Positions 1 to 14,606 of a stretch of DNA of 64,000 nt are shown here, piece by piece (positions within the stretch are counted from its first letter, which is position 1; every line of letters begins with the position of its first letter). The stretch is from Paragordius varius (Eukaryota > Animalia > Nematomorpha), in the NCBI GenBank assembly GCA_964247055.1, contig OZ176054.1:7626001-7690000 (forward strand). The letters run 5' to 3'. The translations under genes were made by a program, and so were the position numbers. The notes below the pieces were generated by a model. It had not been told where the DNA came from. It saw only the letters and a program-made list of their open reading frames with translations, and ran no database searches.

Positions 1-839
1 TAAATTTTATGACACATCATGCATGATATGGTGTAAAAGAGATATTTTTGTCCATTAAATATTTTAACATTATCGTAAATTTTATATTTTTTGCCTTTAT
101 AATGTAACATCTTTTAAATCCATTTTGATGCATCGGATTAGAATCAGATTAAATTACGTGAACAGAATATTAAATTTTTTCCATATAGATTTAATTTCAA
201 AAATAATCTTACGGCAAAATGAGTACTAATCGAATTCGCATGTTAGTTTTTAATCTAATAATACAATTTGGGCATATCTCATTCTATATATTTTGATAAA
301 ATCACAAAAAAAGTACACTACGCTAAGTTCAAAATGCTCGTAAATCATGACGAGAATATTTTTTAAAATCATTATTTATGTGTACCTTAAAAACTAAACT
401 ATCTCTGTATTGGTGGAAAAATATATGGAAAAAAAAATAATTTATGAGTTCGTTTTTTTGGTTTGCTTAATATATGTTAGAGTTTTTAAAGCCGAGCTTT
501 GGACATAAAATTTAAATCATATGCACCTTAAGAACTTAAACATAAGGAAAAGCGTGCATGTTGTTTGTAGAGGATTGAATTTTTTAGTAGATTATTTAAG
601 AAAATAAGGTAAAAACTCAATTAAAATTTCAATTATTTTAACTCATTTGATATAGCAGATAGTAGCGCATTTTTTCGCGGATGTTTCGAATTTTTACCAA
701 ACAATCATAAATTTCAAAATACTAAAATATTTAATATATGGATATACGTGCGTAAACCTACAAATTTCAAGCAATATTATAATAAAAAAAGGTAAACATT
801 AATTTAGAAACTCCAAAAGAATAAAGAGAATTTTCATAC

Positions 840-1374
840 CAGATTTTGGGTCTATGGGCATAGAGGACATATTGTTTTGTTGTCCAAAGTCTTGGTTATA
901 TAGCATTAACTGGGCCAAAGAATGTGATGGGCGAAATCCCTAAAAATATATCATAAATTAATGAGTATTCATAAAAACATGAATTAACCAAAAACATTTA
1001 TAAAAAAAGTATTTTGTTTTATCAACACTGATTGGCGGTAAATAAATCACCCCCAAACTCGGGTATTTTTTTTCTCCCTAAATGTTATTATGAAAAATAT
1101 TACCATCAAATAAATAGATTACATTTTTGTTATTTAGTTAAATCCAAGGATTAAGCGTAGAACCAACAGCAAGCTACATGATGTGTTTTTAAAGTGTCCA
1201 AAACCAATTTATTTTAATATTTAGTTAGCTACTACTGTATATGTTTTAAACGACAACATACAAACAAAAAAGATCGCAGCAAACCACCAACCAAGCCTTT
1301 TATCAAAAATTACACATTTGTCACAATTGGTGTCGTTCTCTTTCTCATTCTTATTAATATATATAAAATATATC

Positions 1375-1405
<31 letters not shown>

Positions 1406-4400
1406 TGACATATTATTATTATTATTATATTTATTGTCAAGGGATTATTTTTTATTTATCCTATTTTTTAATTTGTCGTTTTCGTAACAAAAATAGATAA
1501 ATAAATAACTAAATATTTTCTGTGCGTCCAAATTTTTTATTTGCCATGTACAACAAGTAGTAAGTAAGGAGGAAAAAGATTGAAAGAAGAGCTAACCACA
1601 CCACACGTGTCGTCTCAAACAAAAGATATAAATGTAATAAATAAGGAAAATCCTTGTGCTCCTACTCTCAAAGATGTTTTTTTTGTGCTTCAAGAAGATT
1701 TATATTATTTGATTAATAAATAAATGAATTAATATAACTAAAATAAATTAAATTTGGTGTTTTTTGTTTTCTAGCTAGATGTTTTGGTTAAGGGAAAAGC
1801 ATCTCTTAATCTTTTTCAAGTGTGTAGTGTAGTATAAATATTATACATTATTTATATTATGTAAAAAAAACACAACAACTAATTTAATCAATCACAAGTT
1901 AAATGCGTTAACACTAACCACACAAGACAAAATTACTAAAAGACCCGCTCTTGCTGCATACCATATTATATTAAAGACATTTCCTTAGTCTCTCCTAATC
2001 TCTAATTACATTCATTATATATTAGCTAAAAAGACGTAGCATATCATTGCGTCTTTAATGCGTTATTTTTGGAATGGGAAATCTTGACAGAACCAAAAAA
2101 TACTTGCAATGAAAATATCCTTTGTGCTTAAAATAAATTTCCAAGCGAGCATGATAAGAACAAACATGTTGGTGTGGGATGAATTAACCAAAAAACGAAC
2201 GTAATAAATTTTAATTATTAAGAAGGAAAGGGAAAAAAGTTGGACAGCTAAAATCCTTTTTAAAACTAACAGAAAAATGCAACAAGCACTTTTTAACTTA
2301 ATAATGTGTGTGCTTAGAAAATCAACTCCTCTGTGCATTTATAAACAACATGCATGGACAAGTAATTTAAGTAATTGAATGTAAGAGATGTAATGGTTTT
2401 CATCAAATTTGTACTTTATATAGATGATAGAGTCCAAAAACAATATATATATGATAATTATGAAGATGTAAGTAGGATATGTTTTTATACTAACAAATAT
2501 TTAATGGTCATTACTTAATGTGATTAAATTTTTGTATGGACATTTTATTATTAAATAAATAAGATAGACCACAATTTTTGAATCAAGAAATATAATGGCG
2601 GTAGTTAACTATATTTATTGATTTATTATAAAAATAAACCCGCTAAAAATAGAAATCTAAAACTTGAATAAAGAGTTTGGATTTTGGTTGTGTTTGGTAT
2701 GCAATTTTAAATCGCAATTGTTGATTTCAAGCACAAATAGGGCAATTAGATGTGTTAATATGTTATGGTCGTTTAATATGCCTAAATATTTATCATGTTA
2801 ACTTATTTAAATAATTATTTTTAATTTGCTACTATCGAGCTAATAAGTGTCGATTATTATTTCATATCAGCTAAATTGTATTACGCATAAAATCAAGTCG
2901 ACTTTTTTTAATATTAAGAAAAATATAAAACATTTCTTTTTCAAGTACTGTTTTTATTTTACTACATTGAACCCAAATGTCTCAAGATTATCCTTGTTGG
3001 AAAATGATTAATTAATTATTTTCTATTGTAAAAAAACAATTAAAACTTTCAATATTGTTTTGTTTACGACAAAAATGTATAAATTTTTTGCTACAATTAA
3101 AATGTTTGTTTTGATATATGGTATGTAAAACTTAAAAAAAGTCGTGAGATAACTCTTAAGTCGAATTAATTATTTACATTTTTGACAATTAAAAAATATT
3201 ATTATATCGTATGTGTCCACTTAAAAATTATTTTTTTGCATACTGTTTATTTTTAGTTATAAATAATTCACAAATTTATTTTAATTGGTTATTTGCAACA
3301 ACAAATATTACATAATTAATTATTTGTGTCATTGACTTAAGAGTAAGTTACGATTATATATTCGATTGAACATAAATTTAAATTTAGATAAATTATATTA
3401 AAAAAATTTATAGGTACTTATAATTATCGCGTAAAACAACTTACTAATGTTACATTTTAATTATTTTTTTGGCAGGAAAAAATTAGGATTTGTTAGGCAG
3501 AGGTTAAATTTAAACACATGTATTTTTATTTACAAAAAAAGAGGTTTTTTGAAAGAAAAATTGCTGCTTTTTAAACGAATAAAGTCACAAGAGCAAATTA
3601 TACTAGATAACAAAAGAATCTTTTTGTTACAATATAAACCCGGTTGTGAAAAACAACAAGTAAGATTAACACTCAGTGTCAAATTTTGTATGTTGCAAAT
3701 TAATTTATAATTTACGTTTTTTGTCAAATAAATTGATGCAGGTGAATAAATTCACGTCGCTAAGTCTCTCATACAATTCCTATTATTTTTAACACTTTCA
3801 AAATTAAACAAAAATCAAATTATAGAGTGCGATAATAAAGTCAGAAACGAAATAAAAAAAATATTTACACCTTTATGCATATATATGCATGAAAACAAAG
3901 AGAAGTCAAAATAAGTTTTTTTGTGTTCATTCAATCTTTGGAATAATAATATATATGAAGCGTACGTAAATTTAATAATTGTGTTAAATTTTATTGTTGT
4001 TGCACTGCATCTATTGTGCTAGATTCAAAGGCACCACCTCATCAAATACTAACAAACGAAATTCAATTTTTTCAATTCATCATAAAGATTTAAATTGAAT
4101 TGAATGCGAACGAACAAGACAACCTGTCACCTTTTATACGTATAAATAAATATATTGTCAAAGATTTTAAATGAGAATTAGAATTTTGTCTGTCTGAACA
4201 AATGGATGTGAATGTGTTTGGTGTCTAATAAAAAAATATTTTTTTTTGCTTTTACTGGTAATTATAATAAAGTTACTAGGTTAATTCTTAATCTTCTATT
4301 ACTTACAAAATGCAAATAAGGGATAATTGTGGCATTTTAAATGTGTTAAAATGTAACAATTATAATTTAGAATAAAGGTGATTATATATAGTGTGTTTAA

Positions 4401-7400
4401 TTACGAATGTGAATTTTTTTTAGTATTTTTAAAAAAAAGAAATAAAGCAAATTCGATTGACAAATCAAGGCTAAAAATATGTCCTGTCACCAATTAATCT
4501 GGCGAATAGAAATTATTAAAAGAGCTGTCGAATTGTAAAGTGAAAAATCTCTAGGCTGACTAAACATTTTTGAGTTAAAATCACCACCATCAAAAATTTT
4601 GCCGTTGATAGCATATTTTTTTTGAAACAGAACAATATATTAAAATTTAACATCCGATAATAGCCATCCATATACATAACAAATGACAAAAAATAAAATC
4701 GATAAAAAATGCTTTTGGATAATATATATATATATATATATATATACTTTATTAAATCCTACTATTAATAACAAGATTAATATTAAATAAAAAAAACTAA
4801 ACGAATGAAAAATAAATTGAAAAGAAAATTGACAAAATATATATAACTGGACTACACACCATAGTTAGCCAAATACATAAATTCATTAATATATACCGTA
4901 ACTATAATTTATTATTGGCTTTCTGTATCATTTCCTTAAATATAAAAAAAGTGTTTATGAAAATATTGCATTCATGGACTTTCTTTTAAAAACTATTTTC
5001 GTATTTTTTACGGTTTTCGCATTAATAATTAAAATACATGCCTTAAAAATTATAATTTAATAGAAATTAAAACGATAAAAAAAGGTCAAAAAAAATTGTT
5101 ATTAAAAAAAATATTATGATGAGAAAGAGACAATAGCGCATGAACCCCGGGCAAGAAAATGATTGTATAAAATATCCAGAATGTTAAAACAAAACGCTAA
5201 ATGCATCCGCACAATTCATCAATCATTTTAATATTTTATTTTCATAAATAAAAAAGAAATATTAAAAAAACTCATTTGTAAAACACGCATATCTACAAAT
5301 AAAAAGACACCACACACAGCATCTTCAAAAAAATTATCATATATCTTTTGGATTATTTAATACAGTAAAAAGGAAGGCCTAGCCTCAAAATATTTTATAA
5401 TTTGTTTGATGATCCACCACAAAAAAGATAATATATTTATTTATTTATATTTGTACGAATATAGTTTTCGCTTTAAGAATACATAATGTTTTAATATAAA
5501 TGATGTTTTTTGCGCGCAGTTTTAAGAAAAATATTTGTTACTAGTTGAAAAAAAAATATAAAAAAATGTGGTGGTCAAAAATTATTTCTTTTATAACATT
5601 TTGCCTGAAAAAACGATATGGCGCAAGACAACAAATAAAAAACAGGATATGTCAAAATATATTAGAAAAATATATATTTCAGGCTCGATTACAGTTATGG
5701 TAATTTATCAACGAGTCATAAATAACCAGTTAAAAAATGATATTTAATATAAAATTATTTTGGTTGTTATTCAAAATGTATAAAAAATGAATAGTTAATT
5801 ATGCGAACGGACGGTTTACATTATTTCATTCAAGTGTTTATGCAAAAAAATATATGTATAAAGAAATATATTTTTAAAAAATTTAGAATGCTACCAAAAT
5901 TTACATATTATTTCACTATAATTTAAAGCGTATAACAGACTTGTAAATCATGTGAAAGACAGCTAAAAATATATCATAAAATTGTTCTTTAATAAATTTG
6001 AGATAAAAAAACGTTTTTACAAAAACTCCCACATTATTTATAATAATATTACAAATGCTACATTTCTTATCTAAAAAATTTAGCGAAAAATTATTTATAT
6101 TTTAAGTATGCACAAACATATAACAAGAAATAATAATTAATGGTTTTTTCGCATTCAAATAGTATAATTGCTTGCTTGCGTCTTGTAAAAAAATAAAGTT
6201 CATAGATTTATCTATCTAATTACCGAACATGCGTGCATATTTTTGCCTTCAATGACTGCTGACTATCCCTAACTTATGCTAAAATTAGATTGAATTTTAA
6301 AATAAAATTGTTTAAATTAGTAATAACTTTTTTTGTATTTAGTATGGGGAACGCTATTTTAGATAAAAGTATTATTCAATCAAACCTCGTTATAGGTAAA
6401 AAGTAACGAAAGTGCGTTTAAATTATTTTTTTACAAAAAATCAAGCTTAACTATTAAAAAGACCGAATGCAAGCGCAATCTACGCTGCCCTTAAAATATC
6501 CTTGGAATATTTGAATTTTATTTTATAAAATAAAATCTCTAGCAACACAAATGTTTAAATTTTTATAATTTTAGTTAGCATTAAAAAATATTTTTTCTGT
6601 CTTCTGACTACAAAAGATTAGTGATACCGTAAATAACAATAAAGTTAATTTTATACTTTTTAATCCGCAAACTTACGTGTTACTTTCTTATCTATACATG
6701 TAAAATGTCCCGTCCATACACTAATCAATTTTAACGATTATTTTTTAGGGAATAATATGTCTACGTTGTTTTATAAATTTTAATACTTTAATATCCTCTC
6801 TCCCCTTACGAAGATTAAACGACAATGTTGTATCTTATATATATAGATAAACTTTTTGATTTTTAATATAAAAATAACTCATGAATGTGCAGGTATATAA
6901 AAATGACATATTTTTAAGTTTGACTGCATAATTGTAATATTTATAGAAAATTAATAATTAGCAGTAGTTAAAAGTAACTTTATCCAAAATAACAGGTTTA
7001 CGTATAATAATATTTTGAAGAAAAAAAATGTTTTTAACTCAAAAAGATTAACACATATATGTTTAATTAAACACTTTTTTTCAAACAAAAAATTATTATA
7101 TATATAACTAACGAACATACCTCACACACATTTAATTTTGTTTTGTAACAAGAAAACTTATAAATAAAGTAGTCTTAAAATCAGAAAAAATTTAGCCTGA
7201 AGGTAGGTAAGAGTCCGAATTAGATTTTTGTGTTACCTTGTCATTACGCAAAATTTTATTAAAAAAATTGACTAATTATATTTTTCTTTATATATAAAAT
7301 CATACTTTAACAATGCAAAAAAATGTGATTCAACAGAAAAGCATTTAACTAATACATATATAACGAAAATTATATTGTTTAACAAAAAATAAGGTATTGA

Positions 7401-10400
7401 TTGAATGAAATGGTATTTAAAACGTTTCCGAAAATGTAAATAAACCTCCACTATATGTACATACATGCGTCAAATCTATAATCGCAAAGTGCTTTTTGAA
7501 TGAAAAAAACCCCGGCTAGCCAAACCTATTTTTACTTTAGTAACTGCATTAATAACGCACTATTTTAGCCTTTGAGCGTGCTTTTGAGGACATATTTATA
7601 TCAAATAAGTAAGTTTGTGTATAGTATTTCAGTGGGGCCATGTTGTTAAAAGACTAAATAAACTAACGCTAAAAGTGGAAAGAAACAACCTTAGGAAACC
7701 ATTAATTGCTTCCGATATTTATATATAAACATTAAACACTCATCACACACACACCTATTCACTCTGCCAATAAGGCAGTATTTAAAAAGTGTCCATTTGG
7801 TTTGCGAAAAAAGGGACGCAAACATGCTTTATGCATTAACACTAAGTTAGTAGTCTAAAAAGATCTATGAATGCATACTACATATATTATTAAGTTGTTT
7901 ATATATATGTATGAATGGAAGGGAGGGAGTTAAAAGCCAAAGCAACCCAAAATATCTAGCTAAAATGAAACAGACTACCCACCACCATTAGTTAATTTAA
8001 AAAAAAGCTTTTAATTTTTGATGGAGAGACGAGAGCGCAACTTAAATGGATTTTTTTGCCTGTATGAACCATCACTTTAACAACTATACTATAGTAATTA
8101 TATAAAATCTCTTTGATTATTTCATTTCCACTAAACTATAATAACAAATGTCAATGGATCCTTCATTCATATTCATACTGTATAATGGTATGTGGTGGCT
8201 GTAGTTTCAGCCCTCATCAATAATTTAAATGGAGCAATTAGATCTCTGGTAATATATATAAAAATTAGTAAATTTATTTTGTAAAAAAAACTACAAAACG
8301 ATTAGGATTTGTGAGATTTGATTTGGTATCGTTTAATTCAAAGGTAAAAAAACTTTTAAACGCTTATAAATTCTTTTTGCGGTGCAAGTGATTTTAAAAG
8401 TTTTTAGATATAGCTAAATAACCTGTTCAATTTGGAAAATTAAATTTTTAAATGAAGAAATATTACTTGTGACATTACGTTTCCTTCAAACTTACTTAAA
8501 TTAATAAATTTAATCCAATTAATCCAATATGTTACATATTATGTAAGGAAAAGAGACAAGACAGTCAAAACAAGCGCTAGAGAATCAAAATTAAACGAAT
8601 CCTAAATTTAATTAAAAAATGAATTATTAATACACTAAGTTGAGTCAGGCACAAAAAACATAATAAGAAATTTTAAGCGAGAGATCTTTTATAGGCTAGA
8701 ATAGAATAAAAAACAAAGTTTATTTGTACATTTAACAGATAACCAACCACAACACAAGATTTACCATATCTAGGAGCAAAATTTATATCTGTATATATAT
8801 AGCGTGAGTATGTCGTCTTTGAAGCTAAATCACTAATTTCGTTAACTTGCTATATATATAAATAAATTTCTCTAAGGTAATTTGATTCCTTGATACAATT
8901 ATCCTTGATAAGAAAATTGTATATTATATATATATGTACGACAAAAAATTCTGTCAAAAGATGTTTCGCCAGGCCAACCAAGTAGTAAGACAAGACAAGG
9001 CGAAACAAAACAGTAGAAACCAAATTCGTCGTCACAAAACATTCATTTAATTTGTAACAACAACACAAATTGGAAAAAAGTTATAAAGAATAAATACATA
9101 TAAAAAGCATTTTAGATGTATTTTTCGCTGCTCTTCTTAAAGTCGCATCGTGTGTATGAGATGTGGTTTTAGTGAAACTTTGACAATTTTGTTGTTAACC
9201 AGAAATTCAATTTCGTGTTTAGAATGATAAATTACATTTTTAAGATGTTTTTCCTTGAGTGCTCGCTCTTCATCTTACATATTAGGAAAAACTTATTTCA
9301 TTACTATACATTTATAAAACAGAGAATGTATTGCCATTTTACGTAATATACTTTTGAAATTTTGTGGTTTTCTAACATTACGTTTTGCTGTTTCAAGAAA
9401 ATTAGTTTTTAATTTGTATTTATAGAAATAAAATGATTAAACACCATCACGTAATAAATGAATTTTTTTCCTATGTCTTTAAAAGTCGGTGGTCGGGAAA
9501 ATTTGCAAAACAGCGAATAAATATTATTTCACAAACAATGTTATCCAACAAACTTAAACATTATTTGAGAAATCATTAAAAGCAAATTACTAATTATTTA
9601 GAGCAGCCTTAACAATCCTTTTATACCAAATTAAAAAACCAAACCTTTAAAACCAAATCATAAATGTAAATGTTTTTGACATTTTACAGAACTAAGAGTG
9701 TGATATGGCGCAAAACAAATTTAGCTGCAACATGATAACATTTTGACTTTTAAAAAATACCTGTATACTATAAAAACAGTCATTCAATAATATAACAGAA
9801 ACAACGCATTAAGTTAATTAAACTAGTAATAATGATATATACACCGGGCGCATTTATCAAGATATACAGTAAAGAGAAATATTTTTTGTTGTAAAGACAA
9901 TTTAATTGGTGATTATATGGTTTTATCTTGCTAATTTTAACAATGTGTATAGATAGTCTATGCAAGAAAAAGCGATAAAAAATCCATATTGCTTAAATCA
10001 AATATTTTAAAAAAATGACCAACCAATTATATGTATATAAATGTATATATAAAATCTGTTTTGTAAAATAATTGTAAATCATACATTTCGTGACAATCAT
10101 ATGAATGCCACAAAGAAAATTTCCATAAATATTCAAAAATACCATATTTCGTCTTATTATTATATATCTATCAGACCAAACGCGACAGACATGACACTTT
10201 TACATACTCAATCAAATGTTGTTTAATTTACATATATTAAAAAATTAAATATAGTCCCCTCTATTTATATATGTTAAGGATATGGTTTATAATTTAGTTT
10301 GTCCATAATAGAATAAAATTTATGTTGAAATTATTTAATTATATCTAAAAGTTGTTTTACATCATACATTACTGTAAAATAAAGTATAAAGTGTATGTGT

Positions 10401-12514
10401 AATTTGTTTAATGTCAATTTATGTAAAAATGCCTCTTTGAATCATTTTTTTTAAAAAAATAGTGTTCGGAACCTCGAATAATAGTTTTATAAATAGAAAC
10501 TTTCAAAACATTTATGCAAATTTTCTAAGTAAAGAAGTTCCTAAAAATACAGAGACGCATAACAAATCAAATTGCGACCTGACTTATACTTACACTGTAC
10601 ATGATTACAAAATGGTAACCATTAATTATTTCGTATTCAGAGGAACAACAAAATGTAAATGTTGGTATCAACAGTATAAGATAAAAAGTACATAGAGAAT
10701 TTTACGAATCTACATAAACCTAAAATAAACCTAAGTATAAAAATCTGGTATATGTGTATTAATCAAATTGACGCAAAGATCGGCTTGTCAAGATTGCCTG
10801 ATTAATTTAGTTTAGACCAAATATGCATAATTTATATAATATAAATTTTGTTATGAATATATTACTACAACCAATTCAATCATTTTATCAAAATTTATGT
10901 AAAAAATGTATAAAGAAGCAAATGATACCATCGGGTATCCATTGGCGGGGTATGAGGGCATAAAATAGCGAAGAGCTTCGGCTGAGTTCCCATAAAAAGA
11001 GGTCGCATCAAAAAATTTACCTAACACGACAAAAAAAGTTTTATACAAAAAAATAAGACTTTCTATTTATTTTAACAACTATGAATTTTATTTTTTGGTT
11101 ACGGTTAAAACATATTTATTTTCAGAATTTTATCGAATAAGTAAGGTGCTTTAATTTAGGTACATCGAATTGCTGATTACAGCAATTTTTACCGAGGTGA
11201 TATAATTTTATTTACCATATAAGGTTAAAAATTATAGCAGAAAAAACAATTTCAAATTTAACTTACATTTGTTTTTCATATAAATTAAAAGTGGTAATAA
11301 GAAAAAAAATTTACATTAATATGTAAAAAGCCATTTATTAAAAAAATCAGGTAAAGAGTGTAAAAATTTGTTAAATTAATATAAAAATGTTTGTGATAGG
11401 TAGTTAATTTTCAAAAAATCGAAACAATACAATATTTTCCACATTTTGCCTTTTCATAAAATAACATTCTCAAAGAAGTTAACTTACCGTTATCATTTCG
11501 ATACCGAGCAAAATTGAATGGGTTTTGAGATGAGGAATTGAAAATTGATGTGAGGTTACCCTGTTGAATACTTTTGGAATTTTGTTGATAAATGCTAGAA
11601 TCTTGAACGGGTCCACAATTACCATTATTGTTACCGGAATTCGGATCGTTGCCATTTTTATCCTATTTTGAAAAAATAAATGGGTTCAAGATTCAAAATA
11701 GAATGAGCAGAGTTGATATTGAATTTGAAATGGCGGTTAGATTGCCACAATATTCAAAATTAAAACTGAGGATAATACAATAGTTCAAACATTCGATAAT
11801 AAATGTAGATAAACCAAACTAATAAAAATGTTATAAAATGGTTAGTTAGCTGCTACTGCTGCTATAAAAATAGGTCTAAATTTACGATTATATATAACTA
11901 AAACCACACTATATTATTTTATTTTTATCATAATGATTTTATTGTTAAAATTTTCTCTTTGAAGTATTTTATATATCTATCGCTACGCTTTTTTTAGTCC
12001 TTTGTACATTTAAACGACTTGCATACCTCATATGCAACATATATTAAAAGAAGTACGGCAGAGAGTCACATCATTGGTTTTAAATTAAAGAAAGCGTTTA
12101 TAAAAAAACAAAAGATAAGCGCAAATTTCAAAGGTTAATCTCTTCAACAAAGGTGTCAAATAGGAATTAAAAGTCAATAAGGAAAAAAGTTGAAGAAGAC
12201 ATATGATATTTTTATATCAAGTTTTTATTGCTCAAGAATTATGACAACAGCCTAAAATATTTTTATTTCCGCTTTATCATATTTAGAATCAAAAAATAGT
12301 TTGGGTTAAAATTTTGCCTATATATAATATATGAATGAGAATTGTGAAATACCGAATCCGTGATATTGACTAGACTTGATTTCTCTTCATCCAATCCCCG
12401 TTCAGAATCGCGTTTTTCGGTTTCTTCGGTGCCTTCTTCTTTAAAAATTTTCAATTCGTCGCTTGTAACATCGTCTGCACCACCATTACTTACGATGGTC
12501 GAACTAGGGTTCAT
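840..12514 (-). CDS. TCF: TCF/LEF (pangolin-like) transcription factor, 5' part only; exons 12353-12514, 11488-11662, 10929-11020, 840-939; HMG box lies beyond the left edge
   Basis: Exon 1 encodes a beta-catenin-binding domain (GADDVTSDELKIFKEEG...KSSLVNITDS) and ends in phase 0, like vertebrate SSLVNESE|. The last visible exon ends ...MPIDPKSG|, matching TCF VDPKTG| (phase 1). All introns are GT-AG and phases are compatible (0,1,0,1). Additional exons inside the 10-kb intron cannot be excluded. Confidence 0.9.
1378..1430. repeat. (TA)n plus (TAT)n microsatellite
   Basis: Seen directly. Further (TA)n runs occur at ~4722-4746, 33902-33938, 44974-45005 and 51948-51984. Confidence 0.9.
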
Positions 12515-13210
12515 ATTTTTTATCTTTCAAAGTTTTGTAAAATCAGATCATATACATAAATATATTTTTGGTATATCGGTCAGGCATTAAATGTAAAAAT
12601 AGATCTCTCCGTACAAGAAAGCAACCTCCTCTAATCATTTTGCATTAATTTCCAAGATATCTTGTAGTAGCGCCTTTAATTTCATGTGAAGAGTAATATT
12701 TTTTGTAGGGTAGATTTTTACGTCCTATAAAATAACATACAGAATTAATTAATCTACCTCTTACACAGAAATATGAAAAAGATTTTAATTTTATATTCCC
12801 ATTTTTCAACTAGCTTTTATTAATTTTAATTTTGAATTTGATAATGGTTTAGAAATTTTTTAAACAATATTTCATTAAACTTTTCGTTTATTAAATTATT
12901 TTAGCCAATGTATGAGACGCTCAAGATTAAATGGCTATGTAGTTAGGTGAAACGTCAAAGTGATTTTCAAACCTAAACACCTTAATTGAGTTAATTTAAA
13001 AGTAATGATCATTTTATGTATCAAAAAGGTGTACTACGGTACAACACTCAACTACAAAGAAATATCTATGACAAAAGAGGATTGGATGATAAAACAAAAA
13101 CTTTTTTGCCATCATTAAATATTGTATAAAAAAAATATTATTATATACATGTTATGTAATAAAAGTATAAAATAAAATAATAAATTTACTTTTTAATGTG
13201 TTCCTTTTTT

Positions 13211-13246
13211 CCTTTGAATCAAACAAATCCTTTTAGCGTTGCGGCA
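13211..13246 (+). promoter_or_regulatory. Candidate Wnt-response element upstream of TCF (CCTTTGAA plus a GCCGC helper-like site)
   Basis: CCTTTGAA at 13211-13218 and GCGGCA at 13241-13246, ~700 bp upstream of the TCF ATG. Motif match only. Confidence 0.2.
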
Positions 13247-14427
13247 AACTGCAACTTTTTTACTCCACACACTCTTTAAAGGGATGTATTGTGTGGATGA
13301 ATAGATATATAGTTGGATGTTGCAATGTGATTATATAATAATGATAGAATAAAAAATGATAATTTTAATTCGTTTGATCTTGTTCTTCTTTTTACAAAAA
13401 AAATATAAAAAAAATTTATATGGTTGATTTTGTTACTTCACAACAATATTACGATATTATGATTATTTTTTTATTTATACATAGATAGACAGGAGGGAAA
13501 TAATATTATGGTAGTAGTAGAAAGATAGATAGATGGAGGTTGAGAGTTTTTAACATCATATGAGCGCACAATCTAAAAACCAACAAAAACAAAATTGAGC
13601 TGTGTGGTTTGGATAAAAGATTTTTTTATCAAAATTTTTTTTGTTTTATACACAATTTTTTTACAGTAAAATTCGTTTTCTCGTTTTAATTTTTTTAATT
13701 GTGCATCAAATGTGTTTTTGCATGGTATCTGCATAAATATGTTTGTGTGTGTGCGTATGTATGACTTCTTAAACGAACGAGAAAGAATTTATTTCGGTAA
13801 AAAAATGTTTAAGTATCAATAATATTTTTTGTTAAGTACACACACACACACACGTTTTTAAAATGTATTAAGGAATATATTTTTTATCTCTATCATAATC
13901 ATAAATTAAAGAAATATTTTTTTACATTTTTAATACTATAAGTTGTACATTTTATCCATAATTTGTTTTTTTTGGTGTACACATATACACCAACTAACAA
14001 CACAAGGAAAAAGGAGAGAGGCGAAAGCACTGAGATGATGAATATCTATCTTATAAAATGGCAAAACATGAGATTATCTTTATTTTTCTCATCAAAAGAA
14101 CATCACATATCTCCTTTCTTTCTTTCCATTTCGTTATTTATATGCGCATACATATGTATCATAGTTGTTGTACACCACACGACTATATCTTTACTTTTGT
14201 ATATACCTACCATCTACTCAATTTTATGTTAAAAAAACAGCGTGGCTAAAAAAACGTTCATTTTAATAATAACTGCCCAATATATAGTTTAATTAAGATA
14301 TATACCAGTGGCTAAAATACCCCACATAGAAACGTTGTATGATTTTTTCTCATATCCCAACCAACATCTTTAATATTAAATATTGTTAATAAATTTTAAT
14401 GAACAAACTACCATTTGGATTATAGAC

Positions 14428-14606
14428 CAGTGTGATACTCACCAAAATTTGAAGGGCCGCAAAAAATATTGCTCTTTTTTCAGGAGTAATGCAACATATA
14501 ATGCTGATAAATATTTTATAGCTGTTTGCCTTAATATTCCAAATCAATAAACCAAAAAAATCATAAATAAAAAAGCACTTTTAGGGCCGCGGTTTTAGTA
14601 TCACTG
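14428..14606. mobile_element. hAT-type MITE remnant
   Basis: Termini CAGTGTGATACT...AGTATCACTG; imperfect 8-bp flanks TTATAGAC/CTATAGAT; internal GGGCCGC motifs. Confidence 0.5.

Noticed and set aside
8150-8255. Possible extra TCF exon in the long intron
   Set aside because: Available acceptors give a stop in the required phase-0 frame; exon 3 joins the 840-939 exon cleanly.
9259-9267. GTGCTCGCT resembling the U6 snRNA 5' end
   Set aside because: The match stops after 9 nt; no ACAGAGA box or stem follows.
1318-10695. Short 60-90 aa ORFs in the TCF intron and similar ORFs elsewhere (e.g. 13963, 30585, 31361, 40116-40675, 59644, 63207)
   Set aside because: F/I/L/K/Y-biased translations of AT-rich or repeat DNA, or antisense shadows of real exons; no motifs.
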